Part shown: positions 53,053 to 64,000 of the stretch, in pieces | Position numbering within the stretch: position 1 is the first letter of the stretch | Layout: every line of letters starts with the position of its first letter | NCBI GenBank assembly: GCA_009914755.4 | Contig: CP068257.2 | Coordinates: forward strand, 24,576,001 to 24,640,000 | Reading direction: 5' to 3' | DNA length: 64,000 nt | From: the human T2T-CHM13v2.0 reference genome, Homo sapiens | Program-made: the position numbers and the translations under genes | The notes under the pieces: generated by a model | Database searches by the model: none | What the model saw: the letters and a program-made list of their open reading frames with translations, nothing else | Told to the model about the DNA's origin: nothing

Positions 53053-54136
53053 AAACCATCACTGTTCATGCATTCAGTGGTGTTGTAACATTTCTCCCAC
53101 AAGCAACCTTCATTGGCATTATTTATTTATGACAGTGTCTTCCTCATGAAATCATGTCTCAGTAGCTCTTCTCTGTCTTCTTTCAAAGACTGTGGTATTT
53201 CTAGTCACACAGGCTCTAAAATTCATGAGTCCCAATTAATGTCTCTTTTGCTCCAATTTATTCCAACTCTTGTTCATTCTGTTTTCCTGGCTCACAGCTC
53301 TTCCTACTCTGTCTTTCCATTTTCATTCTCATTGCCTTATTTTAGCCCTTTATGACCTCTTACTTAAAAAATTTCTATAGCTTATACCTACACTTTCTCC
53401 CTACGCAAATCTGTCTGACCCATGATTGCTAGATTAATCACTCCAGAGAATTTGTGCTTAAATATTGTTACTCAAAATACTTTAGTCTCCACTCAAAATC
53501 CTTCTCCTGGGGATGTCAGCAACATGGCAGAACAGGAGACTCCTGACTATTCCATCTCTCACAGACATACAAGTAAACACCTACACATGAATTAGTTCTC
53601 TCCAAGAGGAAGCTAGAATCCAGTTGAAAGTCTCCCACACACTGGAAGACTGAGAAAATACCCACATCCAAACAGGTAGGAAAAGCAGAGACACACTTGC
53701 ACTAATCCTACCATGAGCACAACGCCTTATAATTAGGAAGGAAACTCCAACTCCCAGCTTCTTCCAGAAGGTTGGGAGTCTTGTACCACATGTATAGTGC
53801 CCAACTTTTACAGTTCCTGTGGGAGGGCTTTGATCTTAAGTTACCATGCTTGAAGAACAGTAGGGACAGTGCATTGGAGGATTTCTCTCAAGCACAATGG
53901 ACAAAGGGGCTTTTGAACCATGTGAGGACTCCCAGCTACTCTAGCCCCCAGGGATCAGCCCAACTTCTAACTTCCCCCTAAAGAGGGTTCAGCCTAAGAC
54001 TTTTCAAGGAACTCCCTGTGGCTCTGGCTTCTAACAAGCTGGTATCTGGGAGTCTAATAAGGAGCCTATAAGGATTAAACTTCTTTGAGTCTAAATCAGA
54101 AAGAAGGCACTCCCTGTGCCTTCTCCCCTTGCTGTC

Positions 54137-54700
54137 TCCTGATATAAATTCCTGCAATCTCTCATTAGAAAGAGAAGGGTGTACCTCTCCATGTCTGAAA
54201 GGAAAAGGGGGTACTCTCTATTCCTCTACCCTGGCTTGCTTTCACGATAAGATCACACAAGGCTCCCCCTACAAGGAGGGTGTGAAACTTCTGCTTGCTT
54301 GAATAGGAGAGTGGGCATCACTTGCACTTTCTTCCTTGGCTTGTTCCAGTGATGATTTCAGCCCTACAATATCTCCATGGAAAGAAGTTTGATGCCTCCA
54401 CCAGCAAGAATGAAAGGGATGGCACTCCTCATGCTCTTTTTCTCAGTTTGCTCAGGAGATAAACTCCTGAAATATCTCATTGGAAGGAGATAGAGGGACC
54501 TCTCCATGACTGAAAAGGAAAGTGAGAAGTCCCTGACCCTTCTGCTCTGGCTTGTTTCAGCAATAACTCCAGACCAGAAGCCTGTCCCTACTAGAAGAGT
54601 GAGAGACTTTTGCTTGCATGAACAGGAAAGTGGGCGTTCTCTGAAATATCTTCTCTGGCTTGCTCCATCAGTAAATACAGATCTGCAGGTCCTGGAAGTA
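54137..54700 (+). repeat. Tandemly repeated ~320-bp block within the L1 5'UTR
   Basis: Unit 1 reads ...ctcctgatataaattcctgcaatctctcattagaaagagaagggtgtacctctccatgtctgaaaggaaaagggggtactctctattcctctaccctggcttgctttcac... Unit 2 reads ...ctcctgaaatatctcattggaaggagatagagggacctctccatgactgaaaaggaaagtgagaagtccctgacccttctgctctggcttgtttcagc... The following segments (...agagtgggcatcacttgcactttcttccttggcttgttccag / ...gaaagtgggcgttctctgaaatatcttctctggcttgctccatcag) also align. Confidence 0.5.
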
Positions 54701-55249
54701 GTTTCTGCAAGCACCAAGGACTCCATCTTTTACAGTTTCCAACAAGGTACTGGCTTCTAAATTACCTAGATCTTGGAGTTAATGGAGCTCTACATTCCTG
54801 AGTTTCCTAAGTTACAGAGAACATAAAGATGACTTTTAAACATGCAAATTTTCAGCAAATATTTCCACAGGTCCAAAGTGAGAAGTCTGATCAAGAATAC
54901 AAGTATCTCTCTCAGTCACTCACCTTGTGTACAGCAGAACAAGTGTGAGATAAACTCTGGCTGTCAACTTCTCTGCAAAGAAAGAAGGAACTGGAACATA
55001 TCTTACACCTCAACCTCTTCAGCTGCATTCTAAGGAACTGACTTCTATCCCACTTCTCTCAAGGCAATAGCATGACTTGACACTCTCTAATTTCTTTGGG
55101 GACACTAAGAACAAAGACATCAGGTTAGATGAGTACAAGGAGTTTGGAAGCACCAGGAATCTCTGGCTGGGCTGATGGGGGAGAAACATCTTTTACATGG
55201 GACCAGTCTAACAAAATTGAGAGAGATGGTTCTTTTATCTAATGCATGG

Positions 55250-56150
55250 AAACAAACATGAGAGCCAAGGAAAAATGAAGAAACGTGGAAATGTGTTCTA
55301 AATATAAGATACATCTCTGGAAGCCAACCCCAATGAAGTGGAGATATGTGATTTACATGACAGGGAATTCAAAAGGACAGTCATAAAGATACTTACTGAG
55401 ACAAGGAGAGCAATGCAAGAACAAACTGAGAACTTTAAAAAAAGATAGAAAATATAAAAATAGCAGCAAACAAAAATAATTGAGCTGAAGAATACAATAA
55501 TGGGGCTCAAAAATTTAATAGAGGGTTTCAATACCAATCTATATAAAGCAGAAGAAAGAATTAGCAAACTTGATGACAAGTCATTAGAAGTCATCCAATC
55601 TAAGAAGTCAAAAGAAAAAAGAATGAAAAAGGGTGAAGACAGTGTAGGGGATTTGTGGGACACCATTAAGTGGAATAATATATACATTATCAGTGTACCA
55701 GAAGGAGAAAAGAAACAGAAAGGGACAGAAAACATTCAAGGAAATAATGGCAGAAAATTTCCTAAGTCTGGAAAAGAAAATAGAAATCCATATCCATGAA
55801 GCTCAATGGTCTGTTATAGGATAAATTCAAAGGGACACACACCAAGACACATTACAATCAAATTGTCAAAAGTTAAAGACAAAGAGAATATTGAAAGCAG
55901 TAAGGGAGGAGTGACTTGTTACATACATGGGACCTCTAGAAGACTGTCAATGGATTTTCCACAGAAATCCTGAAGGGTAGAAGGGAAAGGGATGATATAT
56001 TCAAAACTGAAATAAAAAAAAGAACCCTGCCAACCAAGAATACTATACCCAGCAATCCTGTCCCTTAAAGGTGAAGAAGAGATAAAAACTTTCTGAGACA
56101 AACAAAAGGTGAGGGAATTTATCACCATTAGACCTACCTTACAAGAATGC
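55250..56150 (+). pseudogene. L1 ORF1 remnant (multiple stops and frameshifts)
   Basis: Translations match ORF1p segments (see ORF 55500-55799). In-frame stops appear, e.g. in ...ENFKKR*KI*K*QQTKIIELKNTIMGLKNLIEG... Confidence 0.7.
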
Positions 56151-56671
56151 TAACAATAGTCCCTCAAGCTTAAGGAAAAATTGTTAAGTAGCAACATCAA
56201 AGTATATTAAAACATAAAACTTACTGGTAAAAGTAAGTATGTAGTTAAACTCAGAACACTCTTAGATTGGAACAGTGGTGTGAAAATAAATTTTGTTTCT
56301 AGCATGAAAATTAAAAGACAAAACTATAAAAACAACTGTAGTTACACTAACTTGTTAAGGGACACAAACTAAAAATTACAAAACATGTCAAAAAAACAAA
56401 TGGAGAGGAATAAAAGTATAGAGTTTGTGCAAGTGATCAAAGTTAAATCATTATCAGCTTAACAAGGGATGTTCTTAGCATATGATGTTTTATATAATCC
56501 TCATAGTGGCCAAAAAAAAAAAAAAAACAACTCCTTAGTGGATACACCAAAGATAAAAAGAAAGGATTCAAAGCATACTGCGATAGGAAATCATCAAGCC
56601 ACAAAAGACAACCATAAGAGAGGAAGAGAGGAACAAGTAATCTACAAATTAACCAGAAAACAATTAACAAA

Positions 56672-57109
56672 ATGGCAATAGTAAGTCTTTATCTATCAAT
56701 AATTACTTTAAATGTAAATGAACTAAGTTATTCAATCAAAATACATCAAGTGGCTAAATGGATTAACCAAAAAAAAGACTCAGTGATATGCTGCCAACAA
56801 GAGACTCATTTCATCTCTAAGAACATACATAGACCAAAAATGAAGGGATGGAAAAAGTTATTCCATGGAAATAGAAATCAAAATAGAGCAGGGATAGCTA
56901 TACTTATATCACACAAAATAGACCTTAAGTCAAAAACTATAAAAAGAGGTGAAGAAGGTCATTATATGACGATAAAGTGGTCAATTCATCAAGAAGATAT
57001 GACAGTTGTAGATATGCATCCATCCAAAGTTGGAACACCTAAATTGGTAAAGCAGATATTAATAGATCCAAGGAATGAGATAGACTGTAATATAATAATA
57101 GTAGGATAA
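56672..57109 (+). pseudogene. L1 ORF2 endonuclease-domain fragment
   Basis: 145-aa ORF MAIVSLYLSIITLNVNELSYSIKIHQVAKWINQKKDSVICCQQETHFISKNIHRPKMKGWKKLFHGNRNQNRAGIAILISHKIDLKSKTIKRGEEGHYMTIKWSIHQEDMTVVDMHPSKVGTPKLVKQILIDPRNEIDCNIIIVGD aligns to L1 ORF2p residues 1-~150 (...LNINGLNSAIKRHRLASWIK.QDPSVCCIQETHL...GW.KIYQANGKQKKAGVAILVSDKTDFKPTKIKRDKEGHYIMVKGSIQQEELTILNIYAPNTGAPRFIKQVL.DLQRDLDSHTLIMGD). Confidence 0.8.
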
Positions 57110-57175
57110 CTAAATACTACACTTTTAACATTGGACAGATCATCTAGACAGAAAATATTGGACTTGAAGTATGCT

Positions 57176-57478
57176 TTATTTATTTATTTATTTTGAGACA
57201 GGGTCTCACTCTTTTGCCCAAGCTGGAATGTAGTGGCAAGACCATGGCTTACTGCAACCTCTACCTCCCCTGGCTCAAGTGATACCCCCACCTCAGCTTC
57301 TTGAGTGGCTGGAACTACAGGCATGCACCACCATTCCCAGCTAATTTTTGTATTTTTTTGTGGAGACAGGGTTTTGCCATGTTTTCCAGTCTGGCCTCAA
57401 ACTCTTGGGCTTCAGCAATTCACCTGGCTTGGCCTTCCAAAGTGCTGGGATTACAAATGTGAGGCACTGCACCTGCCC
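57176..57478 (-). mobile_element. Alu SINE (AluJ-like), antisense, nested inside L1 ORF2
   Basis: tttatttatttattttgagacagggtctcactcttttgcccaagctggaatgtagtggcaagaccatggcttactgcaacctctacctcccctggctcaagtgatacccccacctcagcttcttgagtggctggaactacagg...ccaaagtgctgggattacaaatgtgaggcactgcacctgccc. L1 ORF2 sequence resumes immediately after it. Confidence 0.9.
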
Positions 57479-57479
57479 T

Positions 57480-58900
57480 GAACTACGCTTCAGATCAAAT
57501 AAACCTAACAGACATTTATAGAACATTCCATTCAACAGCAAGAGAATATAAATTCTTCTCAAGTGCATCTGGAACATTCTCCAGGATATATCATATGATA
57601 GGCTGAAAACAAGTCTTAACACATTTAAAATGATTGAAATAATATTGAGTATTTTTTCTGAACACAATGGCATAAAACTAGAAATCCATAACAAGAGGAA
57701 CCTTGAAAAATTCCCAAATATATGAGAATTAAACAGCCTGTTTCTGAATAACTGATGGGTCAAAGGGGAAATTAAAAGAGAAATTAAAAAATATCTTAAG
57801 ACAAATGAAAATGGTAACACAACATATCAAAATTTATGGAATGCAGCAAAAGCAGTCCTGTGAGGGAATTTTATGACAATACATGCCTACATCAAAAAAG
57901 GAAAAAGATTTCAAATAAACATTGGTAGAAACGGGATATCCACATGCAGAAGAAGGAAATTGGATCATTTTCTTACACCATATACAAAATAAACTCAAAA
58001 TGAGTAAAAGATTTAAATGTTAAGGCCTGAAACTGTGAAGTTGCTTGGAGAAAATGGGAAAAGCTCCATGTTGTTGATCTGGGCAATGATTTCTTGGACA
58101 GAACTCCAAAAACCACAGGCAACAAAAGCAAAAATAGACAATTGGGATTGCATTAAATTAAAAAGCACAGCAAAGGAAACAATTAACAGAGTAAAGACAC
58201 ACCCATGAATTGGCAGAAAATATTTGCAAAAACTTAGACATCTGATGAGGGCCTGATATCCAAAATATATGAGGAACTCAAACCACTCAATAGTAAAAAA
58301 TCAAACTGATTAAAAACTGAGCAAAAGATCTGAATAGACATTCCTCAAAAGAGATATAAATGGCCAACAGATATATGAAAAAAAGTTCATAATATCTAAT
58401 TATCAGGGAAATGCAAATTAAAACCACAATGAGATATGACCTCACAGCTGTTAGAATGGCTATTATTAAAAAATAGGAATGATAAAGTTTTGATGAGGAG
58501 GTGGAGAAAAGGGAACTGTTTATTGGTATGTAAATTAGTATAGCTATTTTGGAAAAGAGTATGGGAGTTCCTCAAAAAACGAAAAATAGGATTGCCATAT
58601 GATCCAGCAATCTCACTTCTAAGTATACATCCCCAGAACTGAAACTGATATGTCAAAGAAATATTTGCACTCCCCTGTTCATTGCAGCATAATTCACTAT
58701 AGTCAAGGCATGCAAAACTCACAAAAGCCAAGGTATAGAACAAATGAATGGTTTAAAAATGTGGTAAATATACACAATAGAATACTATTTAGCCTTAAAT
58801 AAGAAGGAAATTTTGCCATTTGCAGCAACATGGATACAGCCAGAGGACAGTGAATGAAATTATCCAGGCACAGAAAGACAAATGCTGCCTGATTTCTTTC
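57480..58900 (+). pseudogene. Remainder of L1 ORF2 (endonuclease C-terminal part plus C-terminal domain; the central RT domain is absent)
   Basis: 57480-58000 translates to ...[92 protein letters not shown].. After ~58000 the reading jumps to the region matching L1 ORF2p residues about 1000 onward. This implies an internal deletion of about 1.8 kb. Confidence 0.7.
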
Positions 58901-61575
58901 ATATGTGGAAGCTAAAAAAGTCGACCTTACAGAACTAGAGAGTAGAAAGGTGGTTACCAGAACCTGGAGGGATGGGGAAAGGAAAGATGTCGATCAAAGT
59001 GTCCACGGTTTCAGTTAGACTGGAGAAATAAATTTTAGTGTTCTATTGCACTTTATGGTGACCACACTAAAAAAAAATGTACTGTATATTTCAAGTTTGT
59101 TAAAATAATAGATCTTTAACATTCTCACCACAAAAAATTAGTGAGTTGATGAATATGTTACTTAGCTTGGTTGAAACTTGAATGTATACATCAAAACAAA
59201 AGAGCATATTCTATAAATATAGATGATGATTATTTGTCAGTTTTTAAAAATTGAATCTTGGCATTTAGGGCCCTCCATAGTCTTCCATTTTTATTCCTCT
59301 TTATCTCTTTGATCATATCTATATTCTAGCCAGAGAGAACACTTGTTTTAATCATATTTGACACAATTCTCTATTGTTCTCTGCTTTAGTCAAGTTTTTG
59401 CCTTTTCTGGAGTACTTTTTGCTCCTCCATGATTTAATTTTTCAAATTTTACCTTTTCTCAAAATTCAGTATAGATGTCATTTCTTTCACAAAATTTTCC
59501 CTGTTAAGCCCAGAAAAATAATCTCTTTTCCCTCTGAATCATTAGGGTACTTTATTCATTTTTGTTTTGAGTGTTATTTTCTTACCAAGAAAATATTATT
59601 TCTTTCAGTATTATGTTGAATTATGATTCATTCACTGTCTAAACCTCCTTATTGAGTGGAAATTTCTATGAGGGCAAGTTACAGGTTTAAAATTATTTAT
59701 TTATTTTTTTCAATATCTTGCACACAGCAGAAAATTGGCAAATAAATGTTTATTGTCTGAGTCGTACTGGGGAGAGGAATGGAATTTGGAGCAAAGGACA
59801 TAACTTATTTGAATATATTGGAAAACATACCAATCTAGCATTTGTTCTTTAAAAAAATGAGTTCACAAGTGAGATATGGAGCAAGATTTTTAGAGGTTCA
59901 AGGACTGACACATTTCTGTGGGATATTCTGGTTTGACTTCCAAATCACCTCTGGGTCAAGACACTGGAGGTGTTTTAGAGCTTAAAATAGAAACTCGGAG
60001 CTCAGTGAAAAAATATATGATCGATTATTGCTGCAAATGTATAGAAAATGGAATTAGCACATGCCCGTAGTATTTCAACCATGCTTAAAGACAGTCTTTC
60101 TGTTGCCTTAACCCCTTTTGACCACAGATGGCCGTATTAAGAAAATATTTATTAAAAATCACAGAGGTCTATTCTTCATCTGCTAAACTGGTAGATTTTA
60201 AGGATATGGTCCCTTCTCCATGGTGCTTTAATATTTGCTAAATGTGTATGTGCACACATGTGTGTGTGCACTTCACATCTTATCCGGGCATATTGGAAAC
60301 CTTGTAATATAGTTTTTGTTTATTTTTAACCTTCCTCTCTACTGCCTTCCACTACCACCATTTAAATACACAAAACTGTCACTGTGTGAGATATGGCCAT
60401 TATGTTGCTAGCTCTTCTGTGATGTTTATAAAATATGTCAACTCCCTATAGTGAATTGGCATTGTTTTGCTCTCCCACTTCCTATCAACGAAAAAAAGCA
60501 AATGCCCCCAAGTAAATAATCTAACTCATTAACCCTCACTGCATTACAGAGATGGAAAAATTTATCAATAATAAGAGCTGAGCATCAGGGGAAGATGCTT
60601 TATCTTACCCCAAACCTGGAGACTCATCCCGGGGGGCACCAGGTCTCTGCAGTAGCTCCCATCTCCTTGCCCATACTCTTACTCTCCACCTGCACCATTC
60701 ATCTGAATAAATTAGCCTCACTGAGAGGAAGATGACAGCAAAGAGCGCACCTGCAATGTAGTGTGACTGCCGCAGCTTAGTAAGGGGTTTCCAGGGAAGC
60801 GGTTTCTAAAACACAGGGGAGGAGAATTGTCAGGGTTTGGCTCCTTGTGAAATTTGCCTGTCAGAACAGATGATGCGTTTGGGCATAACACACTCCAGTT
60901 TGTTCTTCTGGCAGTTTCTCTTCTCAATTTCAAGGCTTTCACAGTTTTGCTGCAACTTATCCTTTTAAGGGGCTCTTCTTCTCCCATTTCTCCATTGACT
61001 GTTGGTCCAGAGAGGTGAGAGATTATGTTGAAATTGTCTGCTTAGGACTGATTTGCTGTAGAATCAGGCCAATCACAACAACGGGCCCCTCCAGCATCTG
61101 CCCTCACTGCCCTTGTTTTCAGGGCACCATCCACCCATCCTCCGGTTTGTCTGGAATTGGAGGGGGTCTGGGGGACTGATGTTCCACAAGCCATGATCAG
61201 ACTAGTTCAGAGGGCAGTGGGCTTTTTCTGGAAATGACATGGGGAAGGATGTGAATTTTGGAGGTGCAGGGAGAGCAAGGAAACGTAATACAGATGTGAT
61301 CATGGTGTACTGTTTGTGGGAGCTGTCTTGTCTCTTAAAATCTTGGGGGATGTTTCAGTTTGGAATAATAGGTGAGTAGTTAAGGCTAGAATATGAAGTA
61401 TTCATCCAGAAGTGTTCATTGGCAAATGTTATACTAACTTGTGTCACACAGGTATGGTGTTTCTGCCCATTGAACCTCACCACAATGTTAAGGAAGTAAA
61501 TCTTATTATCCTCATTCTATTAATATTGCAGTTGAAGCACAGAGAAGTCACATGGGTGGTAAGAGTTGGCACTGG

Positions 61576-61875
<300 letters not shown>

Positions 61876-62631
61876 GAGTTGGCATTGTAATGAAATCTGG
61901 AGCTCTGAGCCTGGTCTATAGATTTTTCTAGTATCTAATCTCCCAAGAGGGTAAAATTCCATTTCTAAAGTATCTGGCCTTGCTTTCTTTAAATAATGGA
62001 TAATAAGGATGTGGGGGGTGGACCTCTGCGAAGGAAGAATTTAAATATCCAGAGGGAGAGAATGCCTCTTTAGATTTGTGGTCTCCGTGATAAGTAGAGC
62101 TGCTCTTTTAATTTTATTTCAAAGATAAATGATAGTAGTGAGTGGAATAAAGGCACCAATCTAAGAACTGTTTTCCAATTCTCTGCTTTCAGCTCTAAAA
62201 CAAAGAGAATTTATCATTTGCCTTCATATACTGTGCTGTGTAGGTACCCAGAGACAGCAAAATTCCAATTAAAAGAGTATTGATTGCTCATAAATTAATG
62301 CCATCCATTCAGAATCGATGGTCACTTAATGTCTTTCAATGATTTTTATTGTGAGTCAGCTCAGCCCTTGTACTTTGCTTATTAAATGTTCCAGTATAAT
62401 CGTACGCCTATTTAACATGGGTGATTCTTTTGCTATTAACATATGGTTTTCGATTTTCATCCAGTTAGCACTATTAGTCATTCCACATGAAAGTCAGTGC
62501 AATCTAACAAACTCGAACAACTTCCCTCACCTACTCTCAGAGATAATTTATGTATCCCTCATTCCTCTGAGCCCAAAGCAGGTAAACATTTCCAATTAAA
62601 CTGAAGAGAGTAATAGAAGCTCTCCAGAATA

Positions 62632-62750
62632 GTAAAAAAAAAAAAAAAAAAAAATCCACAAAAAAACCCCAAACAAACAAACAACCTTCCACCCTACCCC
62701 CCGCAAAAAAAAAAACAAAAAAACCCAAGAACAAAAAACAAACAAACCCT
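62632..62750. repeat. A-rich / (CAAA)n low-complexity tract
   Basis: gtaaaaaaaaaaaaaaaaaaaaatccacaaaaaaaccccaaacaaacaaacaacc...gcaaaaaaaaaaacaaaaaaacccaagaacaaaaaacaaacaaaccc. ORF 62537-62779 (F-rich) on the minus strand is its translation artefact. Confidence 0.7.
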
Positions 62751-64000
62751 CCTAGGAAACTAAAGCATAAAAATGTCATGGGAAGTTATAACTGGATCCG
62801 TAGGGGATATAATTTCATTGCCTGTAAGCAAAATCGTGATCTAATGGTTTTCGGAGACATGGGGTACTGGACATCTGTGAGGGGCCTGTGGAATCCCCCA
62901 GAGCATTGTGCTAATTAAGTAGGAAAGGGAAGCACGTTGGGAAGCCACCAGATGTCAGGCTGAAGTCTGGCAGTAAAGGGAGCTGGCTAAGCTCAAGGAA
63001 CATACATTTCAGGAGACAGATGTGATCACTGTATGAGGCTTGGGTGAAATTTATCTTCCAGTTCAATGGCTGGACCAGGACGTGAGGTAACCTGTGGCCA
63101 ATCAGGATATCCTTGTGACTAATGTTAATCCTTCAGACTCCTCAGATTTCATCCCACTTCTTTGCATTGGTGTCACAGCTAGAGTCCATGAAGGATAAGC
63201 AACCGAGCAGCTTCTGCCTACTTTTGCACTTCTATTCTGAAGAGAGCTGTTCATTTATTTAGCCAGTATCTACTTTTGGCATTAGGAGCTTTTGAGTGAG
63301 GTTGAGGGAGTGGAAAAGAGGGCAGAAATCCAGGAGAGGAGCGCATCAAATGGGAACATTCCTCAGGGACCAGGCTCCTCGCGTTCTGATCCTAGGTCTC
63401 TCACACATTGGTTGCAGGTCATTTAATTTCTCTCTGTTTGTTTGCTTATCTATAAAGAAATTGTACCAAATAACACATCCCTTCCAGAGCTAAAATTTGT
63501 TCTACTACAGGGTCTAGAATAGCATCCTCCAACTGTTTTGCTCATGTACTTGCTAAAAGAATTTTTTAAAAGGGTGTGTACCCCCACATTTTAAAGATGA
63601 CATGCCATAAATTTAATTAGTTACAAAAGATGTAGTTTCCAGCATATTGTCTATTGCATAAGGGTTTTAAATACATGTTTTTCAAAACTGTGAATTTAGC
63701 TCATTCCGCTTATGATACATGTCACCACATCACCTAATTAACAAAGCCAGTTCTTATTGTCAGATCATTCAGCCAAATAAGACTTGTTTTCTGTCAGAAA
63801 AAGTCTGACTTTATTTTGTAATTTAAATAAATACATCAACATGCACCCTGCTGACAATCATCTCATTTTGGAACTCCAATTCTAGGATGAATAACTAATT
63901 AGATACTTCGAAAACTAGTAAGCCAGCTAGCTAAAGCAGGGATCCTTGCCATGAGTTGGCCAGCCCTTTAATGTTTCTTAATGTGTCCTTAAAGTACTGG

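Larger units (their letters stand above)
53505..59260 (+). mobile_element. Old primate L1 (L1PB/L1MA-like) retaining the 5'UTR start, ORF1 and the ORF2 endonuclease domain; most of the RT domain is deleted; contains a nested Alu; the 3' end is near 59230-59260
   Basis: The 5' start ggatgtcagcaacatggcagaacaggagactcc parallels the L1 5'UTR start gccaagatggccgaataggaacagctcc. ORF 55500-55799 matches L1 ORF1p (...GLKNLIEGFNTNLYKAEERISKLDDKSLEVIQS...KRMKKGEDSVGDLWDTIKWNNIYIISVPEGEKKQKGTENI...). ORF 56672-57109 is the ORF2 endonuclease N-terminus (MAIVSLYLSIITLNVNELSYSIKIHQVAKWINQKKDSVICCQQETHF...). 57480-58000 continues ORF2. 58000-58900 matches the ORF2 C-terminal region (...IKDLNVKP...GNANQNHNEI...). 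The tail has tatacatcaaaac-type old-L1 3' end. Confidence 0.85.

Noticed and set aside
55298-55735. 145-aa minus-strand ORF
   Set aside because: It is antisense to the L1 ORF1 region (the L1 is on the plus strand). Its hydrophobic, low-complexity translation is typical of antisense-L1 chance ORFs.
62537-62779. 80-aa F-rich minus-strand ORF
   Set aside because: It is a translation of the A-rich/(CAAA)n low-complexity tract.

Overview
This window is primate nuclear DNA, almost certainly human. It contains about twenty Alu SINEs, including several AluY-like copies with intact target-site duplications (TSDs), and Alus are primate-specific. It has no bacterial-style gene density and no ORF longer than 176 aa. 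I found no CRISPR array, rRNA, tRNA or operon-like structure, and I cannot support any host protein-coding exon from sequence alone. By my own tally roughly 40% or more of the window is recognisable transposable-element sequence.

The standout feature is a structurally complete but coding-dead HERV-H provirus on the minus strand at 9993-15599. It has two LTR7-like LTRs of about 405 bp, a 5-bp CCACC target-site duplication and a tRNA-His primer-binding site. Its internal region keeps gag (PPPY late-domain motif), protease and reverse-transcriptase remnants in the expected order.

The other content is:
- a 5'UTR-containing but internally deleted old L1 on the plus strand (about 53505-59260), carrying a nested Alu and a tandemly repeated 5'UTR block;
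- several older L1 fragments on the minus strand and in mixed orientation (24040-25740, 42410-44600, 45880-46800, 48000-51110);
- MaLR LTRs of the THE1/MST type, including an inverted pair at 1127-2619 and one LTR split by a nested insertion at 27435-28052;
- a putative solo LTR nested in an L1 at 49817-50579;
- simple repeats: (GAAA)n at 8813-8985, (GT)n, (TTTA)n, an A-rich tract, and a small AT-rich tandem duplication at 7935-8100.

The longest repeat-poor stretch (about 15.7-21.1 kb) is AT-rich and UTR-like, but I cannot assign it to a gene. I see no novel prokaryotic-type system here. The interesting biology is the retroelement architecture: the HERV-H provirus with a promoter-competent-looking 5' LTR, the closely spaced inverted Alu pair, and the nested insertions.
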